A stretch of DNA of 63,774 bases, the filler included, from Reticulomyxa filosa (lineage: Eukaryota; Protista; Foraminifera): the NCBI GenBank assembly GCA_000512085.1. It is 18 parts of 18 records of this genome, joined end to end, with 100 filler letters (N's around TTAATTAATTAA, not from the genome) between each part and the next. Parts side by side here need not be neighbours in the genome. Positions count along the whole stretch, not along the records: positions 16,834 to 28,202 come from ASPP01019194.1; positions 28,303 to 29,520 come from ASPP01019532.1; positions 29,621 to 30,911 come from ASPP01017377.1; positions 31,012 to 37,230 come from ASPP01028856.1; positions 37,331 to 38,714 come from ASPP01018274.1; 13 more parts are not named here. One strand, written 5' to 3'. Made by a program: the position numbers and the translations under genes. The notes beneath the pieces are model-generated. The model worked only from the letters and a program-made list of their open reading frames with translations. It did no database searches and had not been told where the DNA came from. Below are positions 23,480 through 37,552 of the stretch, piece after piece; positions within the stretch are counted from its first letter, which is position 1; each line of letters begins with the position of its first letter.

Positions 23480-25150
23480 CTGCCCGTGCAATCCCGAGGT
23501 TTTACAGACGACTTGCAAATCTTAACATCATATCATGGAAACGGTCAAGAGCATTATTGAAATGCACCAGCAAAATAACGCGAAACAAGATGTCGCAAGA
23601 AAACTTTCGGAGAAAAACTGGTCATTTGGGACACCAAGCGTATCATCGGATAGAAGCATTCCAGAAGAGTGCCAACAATTGCACCAAACACGCACTAGAA
23701 TCGAACAAAATAGTCACTGGGCGCATAAGAAAAGGCTTCACATCGTCATCCGAGCTCCATAAATTATCCCCTTATTCATGCCGGATAGAAGAAGCAGCAT
23801 TTGAACGCGTGATAAGTTCGTATTCAGAAAATTTGTGTCCGCAACATTCGATAGAGGCCCCAGCATACAAATCATTGGAGCAAATAGCGAGGCATAGGAA
23901 GGGAAAATATCATACCAGCCAGTGAAGACCGCTTCAGCGGTGATGACGACAAAGAACCAAATAGCCAAGATACTAGCCTGTCAGCTTCAATTGAAACAAA
24001 TCCATCACCAAACCAAAAAATATTGTCACTGGGAACACATTGCAAACACGGAAATTACGACAACTGGATCAGCCGTTATTTCTTACACGAAATTGCGTAC
24101 CAAGGAATTGTTAATCAAACATTACTTAGTAATCTCTCCAAACGATGAACAAGAACTCCAAGAAATTCGAAACCGCAATCCAAGACATACAACACCAGAC
24201 TGATATGAAATGGTATCGACGAAGAAAAAGACGCTTTGCTAAATGATGCCTTTGAGGACGATGAAGCATACAATATTGATTATGATGCCCATCCAATAGT
24301 TTCAAAAAAAACATTGCATGATATCCAACAATGGTTCGATGTTTGCCCAGTCGAATGGATGTGGGGTGGTTTTCAGAAGAATTCAAACATAGTTGTTTCA
24401 TCTAACTATTACAATCTCTACAAAAAGGGTCTACTGCTTGCAATGTCGTTTGTCTTTGCCATCAAGTAGTGCAGTTCATGGAATGAACCCCAAATGCTTC
24501 AATGGACGTTTCCAAAACCAGATGAGGTGGCCTTCTATATACAATACAATGATGATGTCATCACCGCCATCCGCAACAAGCATCCAGATGAACTGCTACC
24601 ACGTGAAGTTGTTGCCAACGTACCACCTATCCCAATACACAAACACATCACCGTGGAAGAACTGACAAAATATATTAACAAATTGAGCACTTGAAAGATC
24701 TGGAACAATATCAAACTGAATCAAATACGCTATCCAATTGGTCGAAGGTAGCCCAACTAATAATTTAAGGAAACGTGAGACAATACATCGAGACCTATAG
24801 CCGTGGGTTTTTTGTTTCGTCGTTCAACAGGTGCTATATTACTTCGAAGACACATGAAGAACATTTCAAACCAAATGGGGGCGAACGTTAAGCAAGGCAT
24901 CGAAATCTTTTCACATGGGTTCAAAGCTATTAGAAGAGCTCGAATAGCCCGACACGATGGTGTAGTTGACTGAATTTCTAACCTTTTGAAGCGTGTAGCC
25001 ATTCCACACGAAAGGGAAGTTCGTGCTAATCACGAATCGAACCACAGACCAGGCGACATCTGACTAAAGTGGTTTGGTGATGAGTTTGACGAAAAGTACC
25101 TAGACATAGGCATAACAAATCAAAACATCATCAATCAATAAGCACATAGA
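23480..25150 (+). mobile_element. Second decayed copy of the same CRE-like element, RT core deleted, restriction-like endonuclease end retained
   Basis: 24615-24690 is clearly homologous to the reverse complement of ~22375-22446. RPIAVG...HGFKAI is joined directly to RIARHDGVVD...NHRPGDI (RHD and PD motifs). Confidence 0.75.
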
Positions 25151-28073
25151 AGAGACAACACAGACAATTAGGCTTAGATCTGAGCAAATTTTTATCACTC
25201 ATTTGTAATTACATTTATATTACTTGTTCTTTTGTCAAAAAAAAAAAATTATTTAAAATAATAAGATAACAGTTCAATAGTATAAATTGGAATTATAAAA
25301 AAAATAAGGACATATGCAATTTGGTAACATCAGGTAAATTAGCTCACCAGTAATTGTAAATGAATAAATAGAAAATACTACTTTAACTATTAATCATGTT
25401 ATGGATAAAAAACATACTCTCTAAGAAGTCAAGTATTTTGCCATTCTTATGCAAAATATCTTCAGCTATAAAACAAAACAAAGTAAACCTGTTTCGTTAA
25501 AAGATCAATTATAAATCTCTTATCTTTCTTTTTTATTTTGTTGGATCCATGCACACGTGTTTTATTTTGCTCTTTTCATTTATTTTCAAAATAAAACAGT
25601 ATCAATCCAAGTTTAAAATGAATTCTATTATACCAAAACAATTTTTTATAAGATATATAAATATACTTCTGTTATAAAATTTAAAAAAATTGTGTAATCA
25701 CATATGTAACTTGTTTCTCCTCTAAAAAAACTAATATGAATTAGAGTGACTCAAAATGCAAAATAATTTCATTTTAGAAAAAATTACTTGGAATTGATAA
25801 TTTTAATTTTGAAAATATAATTGGCTGTAATAAAAGGGATGAATTATGACATTAATACCTAGTCCAATGAAATATGAATAAATTATTTTTATTCAAAATG
25901 TATGTGTTATTGCAATTGCAAATTATGGAAGAAATCTTGCTTTCGAAAAAGTTCTATAAAAAATTGTTGTAAATAAAAAATAATGGTAATGCAAAATTTC
26001 ATAATATTAATTTATCATCTATTTTTGAGCGAGAAATCAGCAGTATTTTTTAAATCAAAAATAGTATTTTAAAATTGAAATGGTTAAAACTACTTCTAAA
26101 ACAAATTAATACAAAGTAATCATAAAGTAAAATCATTTGACATCCTAATTTAATGTTTAATGTGATCGATTTAATGATATCAAAATATTCTACTTATTTA
26201 TTTTACAGCTTATATATATGCATTATTTGATATTTTTATAAAAGACAAATCAAAATTGTAGCTTGCCGATAGTCTTATTAGTTGGTCCTGAGTCTGTTAG
26301 AGCTTTTTAGCATTTAAAATTCTTTTTTTTTCTTGATGTGGCAATTTTATGAACAAGTTTTTTCGAATTGTTTTCCTAAAAAAAAAAAAAAAAACTTTTT
26401 TTTTTAAGTTTGTTAAATTTTTTTGATGTATATGTGTATATTTTTTAGTTTTGATTAGGTGTTTGAGTTTGCATTTGTTTTGTTTTACAGCGCACTTAGC
26501 AAGAGTTTACTTTAATTTTGTGACAAAGTGAAAGGTTTTTAAACCGTATTTTTTTTAAAAAGTGTTTAATGCATATTAATAAATATTTTTTTATAAGTTT
26601 AATTATTGGATAACTAATGTTTTACATTCAAGTATATTGCGCATTACAAGTGGTCGTTTTAGAACTTTTATGCTTATTGTTTATTTAGATATATTTTATT
26701 GGAAGAACTTTTATTACAATTATAATCGTAAACTATGCCATTATATATCAACTTTAATGATTTTTAAATGCAATGTGAACAAAAACTGTAGTTGATTACT
26801 TTGTTTCTGAAACCTTAATACGACGAAGCATCATATTATCATTATTGCTCAACAGACGCATACGATACATGTTCAATCGACAACAAAAATAAAATAGATC
26901 AGCTAATCATTTGCATAGCTCCAATTAAAAATCTCTTTACACTTTTCTTGGCGGATGAACGGTTCATTCCATTGTTGTTATTGGTTTCATATTTCATCTC
27001 ATTACTAGTGCTGCTCTTATTACCAAAGTCTTGATGGAGCCAAGTATGGAGTCGGTAAGTGTATCCTTTCTTTTTCTGCCTCTGCTTTATCAAATGAGAA
27101 AAATACAAATAAGAAAGTTCTATTTTTAATCCCAGGAACTGTAGGAATACCGCGAGTGAAAAAAGACAAAGAATGGTGGACCAACATACATCGGGATATT
27201 TTATCACGAATCACTAGTCAAACTTTGCCAGTGCATTTTTGGGTTTAATCCAACTGAAATTACATATACTTTATCAACACTTGTGTTCAATCTGTCCACG
27301 GCCACTGTGGACTGGTTCTTGTGTTTGTTCGCAGCCACTGGAAGACTTTACGGCCGCCCTGCGAGATGGCTGCACACTCCTCACCCCGACTTTGTCTCCC
27401 AATCACTATGGCAAGACAGAGTTTTAGTGAAGATTCAACCCATTCCCATAATTACTACAAATACTCCATTTGCGACTCCATTTGCGACTCCATTTGCGAG
27501 GCCCATCGCTCCATCACGATTTCGCCCAAGTTCAGTCTACGATTTCAAGACTTTAGTTAATACTTTGGAAGAATTCAAAAAAATACAATTTTGGCCGAAG
27601 TTGGTTTACATTTGTTTAGATACATATATATATATTTCCATTTTTATTCCGACACAAGGACAATCGACAAGCGAAAATTCATCTATACTGGAAATGGATA
27701 CGCAAATGGAAACGGAAATGGAAAAACAACAATACATTTTTCAATATGTTGTTATGTGTCGTTTTTAGTCTTAAGTTGGGTTGTAGTTGTCGTTATGTGT
27801 ACTAAATTGTTTCATAATAGCAACTTTTTTTGAGTTATTATCTGTACGAATATAGTCAAAAAAAGTACGTTTTAAAGAGCATGAGTTAGTCTAATTTAAT
27901 ATAAAAAAAAAGGAAAAAACTGAAAAAGAAAAAATTAGACAAATGTTATCTTGTTTGCTTTTGTAAAATTTGTCAGGAACTTTGAAAGAAATTAGCAGAA
28001 AAAGTATTTTGAATATTTTCAAAAAAAAATTAAACATTCGTTTAAAACAAAGAAAAATAACGAATGTATTTTA

Positions 28074-28202
28074 TGCTTGAAATTGGAAAGCTTCAAATTA
28101 AATTGCTTGAAATTGAGTTGCTTGAAATTAAATTGCTGTAATCTAGTTGCTGTAATTCAGTTGCTGTAATTGAGATGCTTGTAATTGAGTTGCTGTAATT
28201 GA
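28074..28202. repeat. Degenerate 14-15 bp tandem repeat (TGCTGTAATTGAGT-like), ~8 units, running into gap
   Basis: Direct reading. Confidence 0.85.
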
Positions 28203-28302
28203 NNNNNNNNNNNNNNNNNNNNNNNNNNNNNNNNNNNNNNNNNNNNTTAATTAATTAANNNNNNNNNNNNNNNNNNNNNNNNNNNNNNNNNNNNNNNNNN
28301 NN

Positions 28303-29381
28303 AGCATGGAGAATACCCAAATTAAGAATATTGTCGACAAAATAAAGTATTTGGGACTAACAATAAATATAAAAAATCGATGTTGGAAGGACCATGTGAT
28401 GGCAGTTTATGAGAAAGTAGCGCCATTGTCCAAAAGAGCATAGAATATAACATAATTGGGGGATCACTATCCACTGACCTACAACGGAAATACTACATTC
28501 AAATGATAAGACCAATACTCGAATACGGATCTCGTACCTTTACACTGAACAAGACATTAGCAAACAAGCTAGAAATCATTCAGCATCGTGCACTCACAAA
28601 GATAATACATACTCATTGCACTGCCAAAAGGACAGCCATTCGCCTCTTACTAGGCATCCCACCAATCGAAGCCAGACACGACCTGATGCTATTATGTGGA
28701 TACTATGTGTTTGTTAAAACCAAACAAGACATGATGGTTGGTAAACTTATACTGAAAGAGCATCACTACATTACAGAGAATATAGACGTGATTAACAATA
28801 GCAGCGAAGGCTACCAGGAATTGCTATCCACTTACTGCGGGGAGGTATTGCTGACATTGAGGAAATACGAACTCCAGCAATTTTGGAGCATAAAAGACCT
28901 ACCAGACAACTTATTTATTTGGAAACGTATTTTGAAAACGCAGATATACGATTATCATTTCCAGAAAGACAAAAAAGAAATGAAAGATAATGAACATATG
29001 CAAATCTGTATTGACATCATAGAGTCACTGCAAGAAATACATGAAATATATCCCAAAATATACAAGAAGTTGCTTGGAAAGGAGGAACAGAATGGATACC
29101 TGTTTAGGGTAATAACAAATAACATCAATGTCTGTTGGAAAAAATCGTCATCGCAGGGGAGGAGATTGGCAGTAGAATATTGCAAATGTTGTGAAGAAAA
29201 ATGGGAAAAACCTGTACAACACTTACTATTTGATTGTGTGGAAACAAGAAGTTTTTTTGAAAATACGAGGAGCAGCGGAGATGAGCCATATAGCCCACTC
29301 ATATGCAATGGGCAAATTACAATTAATGAACTGAAAAGACGGTGTAGCATTTTATATAAAATTTTAAAAAAAATGTACTAA
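28303..29381 (+). mobile_element. LINE-type non-LTR retrotransposon ORF2 3' fragment
   Basis: IKYLGLTI (RT motif 7), IRPILEYG, LEIIQHRAL, LLGIPPIEAR, C-terminal CxxC...H....C knuckle; stop/frameshift near 28440-28500. Confidence 0.85.
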
Positions 29382-29699
29382 AATTTATTGTAACACTTTC
29401 GTTTTGTCTGAGTTATGCAAAAGGATTTCGTTAAACAACTTTCTACCCGGCAAGTGACTTTGTTTTTGTTTAATTTAAAGAAAGAAAAGATTGAATTTGT
29501 GTTCCAGATAATACATCCCANNNNNNNNNNNNNNNNNNNNNNNNNNNNNNNNNNNNNNNNNNNNTTAATTAATTAANNNNNNNNNNNNNNNNNNNNNNNN
29601 NNNNNNNNNNNNNNNNNNNNTTTTTTTTTTTTCTCCTTTAAACAAATCTAACACAATACAGACTTGACATTCTCTTTCTTTTCTTCATTATAATCCTCA

Positions 29700-30880
29700 T
29701 CTTCCTATTCTTTCTTGTCAATGTCTTGGAATTTCGGCCCAACTAAATTAAATCATTCTCACATTGGATGATTTTCCCGATGTAGTGATTGTTCGATCGC
29801 AATGTCGAGTATTTTCTAACAGTGTTCACGTTCTTTTCTTCATTGTCTTCCAATTCTTTTTTTCTTGATTGCTGCCCAACATGTCGTCCGTAGTGCATAG
29901 TTGATCCTGAAGGCAGTTCGACAAAGATAAGAGACATTTTTTCAATAAACACAAGGTACACAAATCTTGCAGAGATGGACTCGGAAATGCGACTAGCTTT
30001 CTCTCTCTTTCTACCATCAGTATACGCACCTAAATTTGCGAATGTGCGTGTACACACGACCAGTTTCGGAACGAGTGCGCAATCTCTGAGTTAACAAAAA
30101 TTAGCTCAATTTCCATAACAACAAAATGATCCTTTTTCATTGTCTCCGATAGATCGCAGCTTGATACCTTCTTTAGTGCTGTGCCTCGCCGACAATTATC
30201 CGCATGAACTTTTGGGCGCTTGTGTTGATGGAAAACGTTCTTCCCAATGCTCCGGTGTGCCACTCCTTGACATTGCCAAACTTGTTCAAATTTTCATTTG
30301 GAGTGAGACATGTGAAGTTATCCACGTTCGCAAGTGGCGACTTTGCGCATTTCCATGGATAAAGAACGTTTCTATAGCCGAATTCAACAAAATCATCGGA
30401 CTAGTTATTTTTTTTAAAAAAAACAAATTCAAAGCGATACTACTTTTTTTTTTTCATTATCATCCCCATTCCAATCGCTGCTGCCGTTGTGGACATTACC
30501 ATGTGATGTCGGTTTCACTTTGCATGATACGCCGTCTTCTTGGCGAGCTTGCTCTTTCGTATCGGGCGGCAGCAAGGCTGGAATTTCTTGAGATTGGTCT
30601 GTGAGAATCTTGACCCACTGTACCAGTGCCACATCCAACACGTCGACTGTAGTCCATAGCATGTTCCGGAAACAATTCAGCAAAGATAGCCAATTCTTGT
30701 TGGACCAACACGACTTTTGCAACGATTGAACCATAAAATGCAGTCAGCTCTATGTTCACCGATTGCCAATGTTCTACGTCGCCAACCAGCTCAAGTTTTA
30801 TAATTGTAGCTCGACGACACAAACTTGGACCACACCGATCCATAACTCAAGTGCGAAAGTGCGCACGTATACTTGGGCAG
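29700..30880 (-). pseudogene. Decayed member of an unidentified multicopy gene family (paralog of 50330-51130)
   Basis: Shared DNA blocks such as ccaacatgtcgtccgta (29877 vs 50411) and aagtgcg..a.gcgcacgta (30849 vs 51098); fragmented frames. Confidence 0.6.
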
Positions 30881-31011
30881 TCCCCCTTTTTTTTTCCACT
30901 TCACATTTTTTNNNNNNNNNNNNNNNNNNNNNNNNNNNNNNNNNNNNNNNNNNNNTTAATTAATTAANNNNNNNNNNNNNNNNNNNNNNNNNNNNNNNNN
31001 NNNNNNNNNNN

Positions 31012-31992
31012 CAATAATTCTATTTCAATTATTTTACGTTGGACTGATAATTTTCGTTCATTCTCGAAATATGATTGTTTATTCGCTGTTCAATCCAAAC
31101 TTATTGAAGATTTGAAAGATGAAAAAGATTCAAATGATGAAAAAACGAACCAAATAAATCAATGGAAAGATATCAAACAATTCAAATTACTTGAATCACA
31201 AACCAATCAAATCACCATTCAACATTCCTCTTTTCAACTATTTCACACTTTTGCTTTTCGAATTCGTGCCTTTTACAACTCTTTTTATGCCACTCCTTTC
31301 AGCAATGTTTTATCTTTAAACATTGACAGTTTTGTTTTGTTTTATTTTTGCTGTGAATCATTTGATGATATGTCTGCTTTTTTTATGTAGGATCATTGAT
31401 ATTAACAAAAGAGGAAGAGATCATATTGCAATCGTATTTGCCAAAGAAAAGTGAAAGTAAATTGAGTTTGTTGTATCGTGGGTCTCGTGATGGATTTCGA
31501 GTACAAGACTTTCACTCAAAATGTGACAATCAAGGTCCCACTCTCACCATCGTTCAGTCCAATCAATACAATCATGTCTTTGGTGGTTTCACCAATATCT
31601 CTTGGACTTCCCAGAATAGTTGGATGCAAGAGAGTGAATCATTTATATATTTGTTGCGATCTTCCAAGAGTGGTCAATCCCCTACTAAATGGACCATCAA
31701 ATCCGATACAGTACAATATGCTGTTCGCCATAATGCTGGTTATGGTCCCACATTTGGTAAGTAGTGTTTGATAGAATACTCTCACAAGAATAATTGATGT
31801 TTGATGTGTTTGTGTGCTTGTGAATGTAACATAGGTGGAGGACACGATTTTTATATTGCTGATCAGTGCAATACAAACACCAGCAACTATTCCAATGCTG
31901 GACACAGTTATAATTGTCCATCAGATCAAAATTTGTTAGCAGGAGCGTATAACTTCACAGTGAAAGAATTGGAAGTGTATAAAGTGCAGTGA
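31012..31992 (+). CDS. FN3-like + TLDc domain protein (3 exons visible, 5' incomplete)
   Basis: LLYRGSRDGF..FHSKCDNQGPTLTIV..VFGGFT..W, YGPTFG|GGHDFYI, FTVKELEVY; upstream FAFRIRA..FSN (FN3-like); introns ~31329-31390 and ~31758-31834. Confidence 0.9.
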
Positions 31993-32382
31993 GAATTTGT
32001 ATTTCCATCGAACAGAAGAGCGACCAAAACACATTTCGTGCTTTCAAATATAAAAAATACTTTTCTTAATTTCACTAGTGGATAATGAATGAGAAATAGC
32101 AAAATTGAAAATAATCTCAAGTTCTTCGTGAGTTTGTTATATTTTGTCACTGTTGTTTAGATTTTTCGATTGTTGAAAATGGTTCAACTTACGTGACTTT
32201 TTTGTTTAAAGATTTCACAAACACAACAAAATGCAATGGTGCAAAATGGCATGTTATGCATGATGCAGTCAATATACATCCTAAACGGAGATCAATACAA
32301 AAGTCACCAAAAAATTAACATAACAAAGCCAAGACCAAGCCCTTTTCAACCTCTTTCACCAAGAGTGTTGTCTGTTGTCCGT

Positions 32383-35300
32383 TCAAACGTCTTCAAAATC
32401 GTCATCATCGTCATCTATCAACAAAACAAAAAAATTCGTGAATAAGGAATTACTGCAATTAGTTTTCTTTTTAGTACCTGAATTTTGGGGTTGTTCATAG
32501 GCAGACCCTTGCGCTGGCCCATGCAGGGGTGCATATGCTGCTGGTCCATGTGGTCCTACGGCTGGTCCCACTGGCCCTGCAGGTCCTATCGGTCCTGCTG
32601 CTCCGTGCGGTCCTTGGGCTGCTGCTAGATTATGTCCTGCTGGAAGGGGTCCTGCTGCTGGAGGGGGATGTCCTGCTGGTGGAGGATGTCCAGCAGGAGC
32701 TCCAGCTGCACCAGGTCCTGTTCTATGTCCTCTTCCTCCAGAGCTTGGAGCAGGTGCTGCTCCACCAGCACCACCACTTGATGGTCGATCTTCATCTGAG
32801 TCATCCTCATCTGCTTGGCCAGGACCTTGTTCTTCCAGATGTGATGGTAGATTGGAATTATTCTCAAAATAGTTGGCGTTATTGCGTGTATTGTCATACA
32901 TGTTTTGGTTTCCTTCGTATACATTGGCGTTATGATGTCTTGATTCTTCTCGATGAACATTTCGTATTAATTCGATGTTGTTGTCAGTCAGCAATTGCAT
33001 GTACCCCTCAAAGAATTTCTTTTTTTTCAGCGGATTCGTTAGATGAGGAGGAAGCGCTTCCGCCATGATGTGATCGGTTAACATAATTGTCCAACCACGT
33101 ATCCCACCATTTCCAATCATTACGCTTTTGGAGCATGTATTTACGATACATTTCACTTCTGCTCATAATTCCAACTAAGCATCTGATGGAATTGAATGCA
33201 AATGGTTGATGTTGCAATCGATAGAAATTGATTGAATATAGCACGCCGACATCTCTGCCATGCAATTGATCTAAGCGAGTTTGTTGAATTGAGTCATTGA
33301 TGTCAATGAAACGTTCCATGATTTGCAAATACGTTTGTACCTGCTCCGGACCGCTTCGATCAACACCTTCATTTATAATTCGAACAACCTCCTCACTATA
33401 TTTCGGATTTTCAAATGACCAATGACAAACAATTTCATTCAAGGCATCCAATGTTTCTTTGGAATTATGTGCGTGAGATATCATTCGCATATAAAATTCT
33501 TTAGCATTTGGCAATTTTTCGTCTTGTGGGGTTAATTCCAGCAGCTCTTCTTCGTTATTCGAAGTTTTGTGAAGAAGTGACGTCTTTGGTAGCTTGAGCA
33601 AGTCCTTCTTTTCATTTTCTGAAATGTTTTTCTGTTTTGCGTTGTTGAAACGAATTTTTGTGGATGGAGTATGACATGAACATATCAGCAATGCGAGGAT
33701 GTGGATTAAAGAATCAAATTTTGGAGGATACATGGGCGAACCAATTTGTGGATACTGTTTGTTTGGTGTATCTTTTGCGTATGGGGAGCGATTGCCCAAA
33801 TAAAGATCACCCAATTTCTCAATCAATTGCTTGCGCACCAAGAAAATACGTTGATACGGACCAAGGAGAGCAAAATCCCGGAAAACATTGAAGAAATATG
33901 TAAATCGGAACCAAAATTTTGGTGCAATTTCAATCATTGGTACTAGACATCCAATCATGCGAGCAGTTGCGGTAGTACCTACTTCTTCTTGGATCTCTTT
34001 TGGACCTTTTTTCGTTTTTTTGGTACGAGTGATTTTTTGTGTTTTGTGTAAATCTTCTTCTTCAAAGGGTTTCAGTGTTTTAAATACATGCACCAACAAT
34101 TCACTAAATCCGCGCATTACTGGCACTTCGCGTGTTTTCAATAAATAATCGCTAACTGTCACTGGTTTATCACTTAGCAGCATCAATAACCACTTACAAG
34201 CGGGGACATTGTCTGAAATATTATTTGTAAATTTTGATAGTAATTTTTTGAAATTTAAAAAATGTTTACTGTATTTAACTTTCGAATAACCATTTCAAAT
34301 AAGCGACGAACTTGTTGAATATTCCTTGTTTATCTGCCGTTCTAGCCACATATTGAAAGCAAATTTTTGTGGCCAATTCAATGACAGGATGGCCAATATT
34401 TTTTTTGTCTTTGTCGTCATATTCTTTGAAAGGTGGGACTGGAGCAACTCGGAAAGCATCAAAGACAAACTTGAAATACAATGGATTGAATACTTGTCGA
34501 TCACGCATAAATTCCATGTTGTTGCCGACAATATCGTTTTTAATTTGTGGTGCCATTATCTTCATTGGTTCCACATCCAGAAACTCTAAGACATCGACAA
34601 AATCAGGTTCTTTATTTTCCTCTTTACTTTCAGATTCTTCTTTTTTATTTTGCAGTGACACGGCGGAGTCGTCAAGAGCTTTTTGGGTGGAAGAGGCGTC
34701 AAGTTCATTACTAACTTCCAGGTCGTTTTCTTGGTTTGTGCGTTCTTTTTCCTGCAACTTTGATTCATCTGACACAACATCTTTTTGGTCGCCATTATCT
34801 TGTCCTTTGTTTCCACTAGCAGTTTCGTTTTGTTTTTTTTCTTCTGGCTTACTATCTCGCTGTGGCGGCAAAAATTTGACTCGCTCGTAGACTAATATGT
34901 ACCCATTTTTGATTCTCTCTTGGCTGTCCCAATCGTTGCTCCACGAGTCATTGCCACCATTTGGTTTTTTCCCACCAAAACATTCTTTGTCTAAATCCTT
35001 TGGGTCAAAAGGTTTAATCATGCTATCGTTGAATTCGTTCCATTCACCAGTCTTTCGATCTTTGATGTATGAATAGTAATGTCCAGCATCGGCGCTTCCC
35101 GTATGTACCGTGACACCCGTTAATCTGTACTTGTAGTATTCAGGAGGATGGACACTGTATTGTGGCGGAACTTCCACATTTGGATTGTTTTGTGCGACTT
35201 TGACTTTTTCCGATCGATCCAAGCCTTCTTTTGTGTAAGGCTCGAAGTCCAATTCCTCTGGAAATTCAAATCGTTGGTTTGATTTTTCATGACGAAAAGT

Positions 35301-37230
35301 TTCAAAATTGAGCTCGAATCGCTAATTTACAAAACAAACCATTATTAAATCAAAAAAAGAGATTTGTTTTTAAATAAAATGCATTACGTACCTTCAAGTG
35401 CACAAAAACGCTGTTGGGCAATTTGTACAGTACTTCACGCTTCAGCGTGTTACATTTATTGTTGCAAGTATCGCATTGCACGCCTTCCAATTGCTCTGGC
35501 TGAACATACGCGTCTAATGACTCTTTCATGTTGGTTCTGCTTTTTATTGGAAGAGAGATCATCAAAAAGTCTTGTTCTCTTTCTCTAACGGATCCACAAC
35601 CTCCTTGACATATCATTTGGTTTACTACCTTGCCACCAAAGCAGTCATGCATTAAATATCGAAATTTGGTTCCTTTTAATTCGTTTTCAATTCTGTCCGT
35701 CAAAATATTGAAAAATTCTTGTACATCTTGTTGAACCCTCACATCTACTGGACGCCCCTGTTGCAGTAAATAAAACAAACAAGCAAAAGAATACACACAC
35801 CAAATATATTTGTAAAAAATTTTTAATTAACTGTTTCGTCTTTGTAGGAGCGGCAAAATTCTCTTGTGTTAAATGCTTGTTTTTCTGACAATGTCAAGTA
35901 AGAAAACATTCGCATCACTTGGAACAAGATTGAGTTAGCTTGTTCTTCAGGGGTCAAATTTCCTGCTTTCTCTTTTCCACCAGAAATGACAGCATTGCGG
36001 AAATGTGGCATCATATAAAATTGCTGCAATAATGAGTTCATATAGCAAGTGGATCCCAGATTTTTTAGACCAACGTAACCGCGTGTCGATTTTGTATTGC
36101 GGTCTGGTGAATAATCATAACCAGAAGGGGGCTTAACTTTTTCATGTAATTCTTGGATAAGTTTACGCAATCGATCAAAGTTCTCTGGCGTTTCCATACA
36201 CAATTGCACCAGCAAACGGAAGCCTAACTTCTTGCTCACGTTTGTTTTGCATTTGGGCCAATTGTGCTCTTTGTCTTCTTCCGTTTTTCCAGTTGCAAAC
36301 AGGAAATGGTTGAAGATTTCTTCAACCAACCTTTAAAAAACAAAATGAATATTTAGCCTTTGCAAATTTATGTATGTTTTATTTTTTTCTTTAATAAGCA
36401 GATAAAATGACATACCCCACTTGCCCAGCTTCTTTTCGGAAACCTTTGTCTCCCGCCAATAGAACTGAAAATAATGACATCAAGCCGGTCAATACTTTAT
36501 CATTGATCGCATCGGTGAATGTTTCCAGACTTTTGTATGCTTTCAACTGTTCCACCAAATACTTGAACAAATCACCAAATTCGGACACAGATGATTGATA
36601 TTTTTCGGTATATTCTTGCATTAAGGATATGAGCAAATAAAAATGTTGTTCTGGATCAATGTTATTTTTTGCTTCCCCTTTTGGCAAATATTTCAGCAAG
36701 ATATCTTGCAAGAAAAATTTTGTTACTTCTACTCCAGGTAATGTTTTTTTCAATTCGGGTGTGTATGAGGGGGATTCGTCCACGATCCGACACAGTTTGC
36801 GCAGTGATTTGGCAAATTCACTACCAATTTCTCTGTCCGTGGAATGAAGTGCGCCCAAAATAAATGACGGGTCTTTTCTCAACGTCTTGAATAGATCTGG
36901 TAGCAAAGAAGGACGCAATAACAAAATTGAAATCCACAGCCGTACAGCATATCTGACAACCCAGTCTCTCTCTTGAGTAGGATGAGAATCGATACTTGCT
37001 GATTTCAAAATATCCAGCAATTCCAAGAGCAATTCGTCAAAATTCAACGATTTAATCAAATTACTGCTGAATTGTTCCATTGTCGATTTGACCAATTCAT
37101 TGAATCGAATTGAGTTTTGTCTAATCGTTCGTGGGGGTTTTTCAGTTTCGGTTGCATTTTCTGTTTTTTCTTCCTTTTTGGAAGTATCAACATTGGCTTG
37201 TTCTTTTGTTTTGTCCTTGTCTTTGTCTTT
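32383..37230 (-). CDS. USP9X/USP24/USP34-like ubiquitin C-terminal hydrolase (C19), multi-exon, 5' incomplete
   Basis: Cys box GLKNLGSTCYMNSLLQQ, QQDVQEFF, His box GVTVHTGSADAGHYYSYIK..W.EFND, GYILVYER; frame change at A-run ~33020; G/P/A-rich tail. Confidence 0.92.
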
Positions 37231-37330
37231 NNNNNNNNNNNNNNNNNNNNNNNNNNNNNNNNNNNNNNNNNNNNTTAATTAATTAANNNNNNNNNNNNNN
37301 NNNNNNNNNNNNNNNNNNNNNNNNNNNNNN

Positions 37331-37481
37331 TCAGCACGATATCGGCCTCGCTGAGGTGGGCTTCCAGCGCGATGTCGTCATCGTCGGCGTAGTCTTCCGA
37401 GGCGTACATGAATTCGGGTTTGACCAGCTGGTTGTTGACCTGAATGTAATCGGACTGGTTCATCAGACGCAGGATGTTCAT
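37331..37481 (-). CDS. Bacterial hypothetical acidic protein (3' truncated)
   Basis: AAGGAG RBS then [24 protein letters not shown]...; lies downstream of radC. Confidence 0.6.
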
Positions 37482-37552
37482 GGCTTGCTCCTTGTGCAGC
37501 GGCCAGACCGGCTGACCGTACCACCACCGCAACGGCAGCCAGGTGGCCACCG

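Noticed and set aside
26899-27833. Cluster of short ORFs with a small ccatttgcgact x3 repeat
   Set aside because: No recognisable domain; insufficient support.
33008-33030. Programmed frameshift in the USP gene (and similar shifts at ~4350, ~15036, ~15203, ~62790)
   Set aside because: They fall at or beside homopolymer runs; sequencing indel is the simpler explanation.
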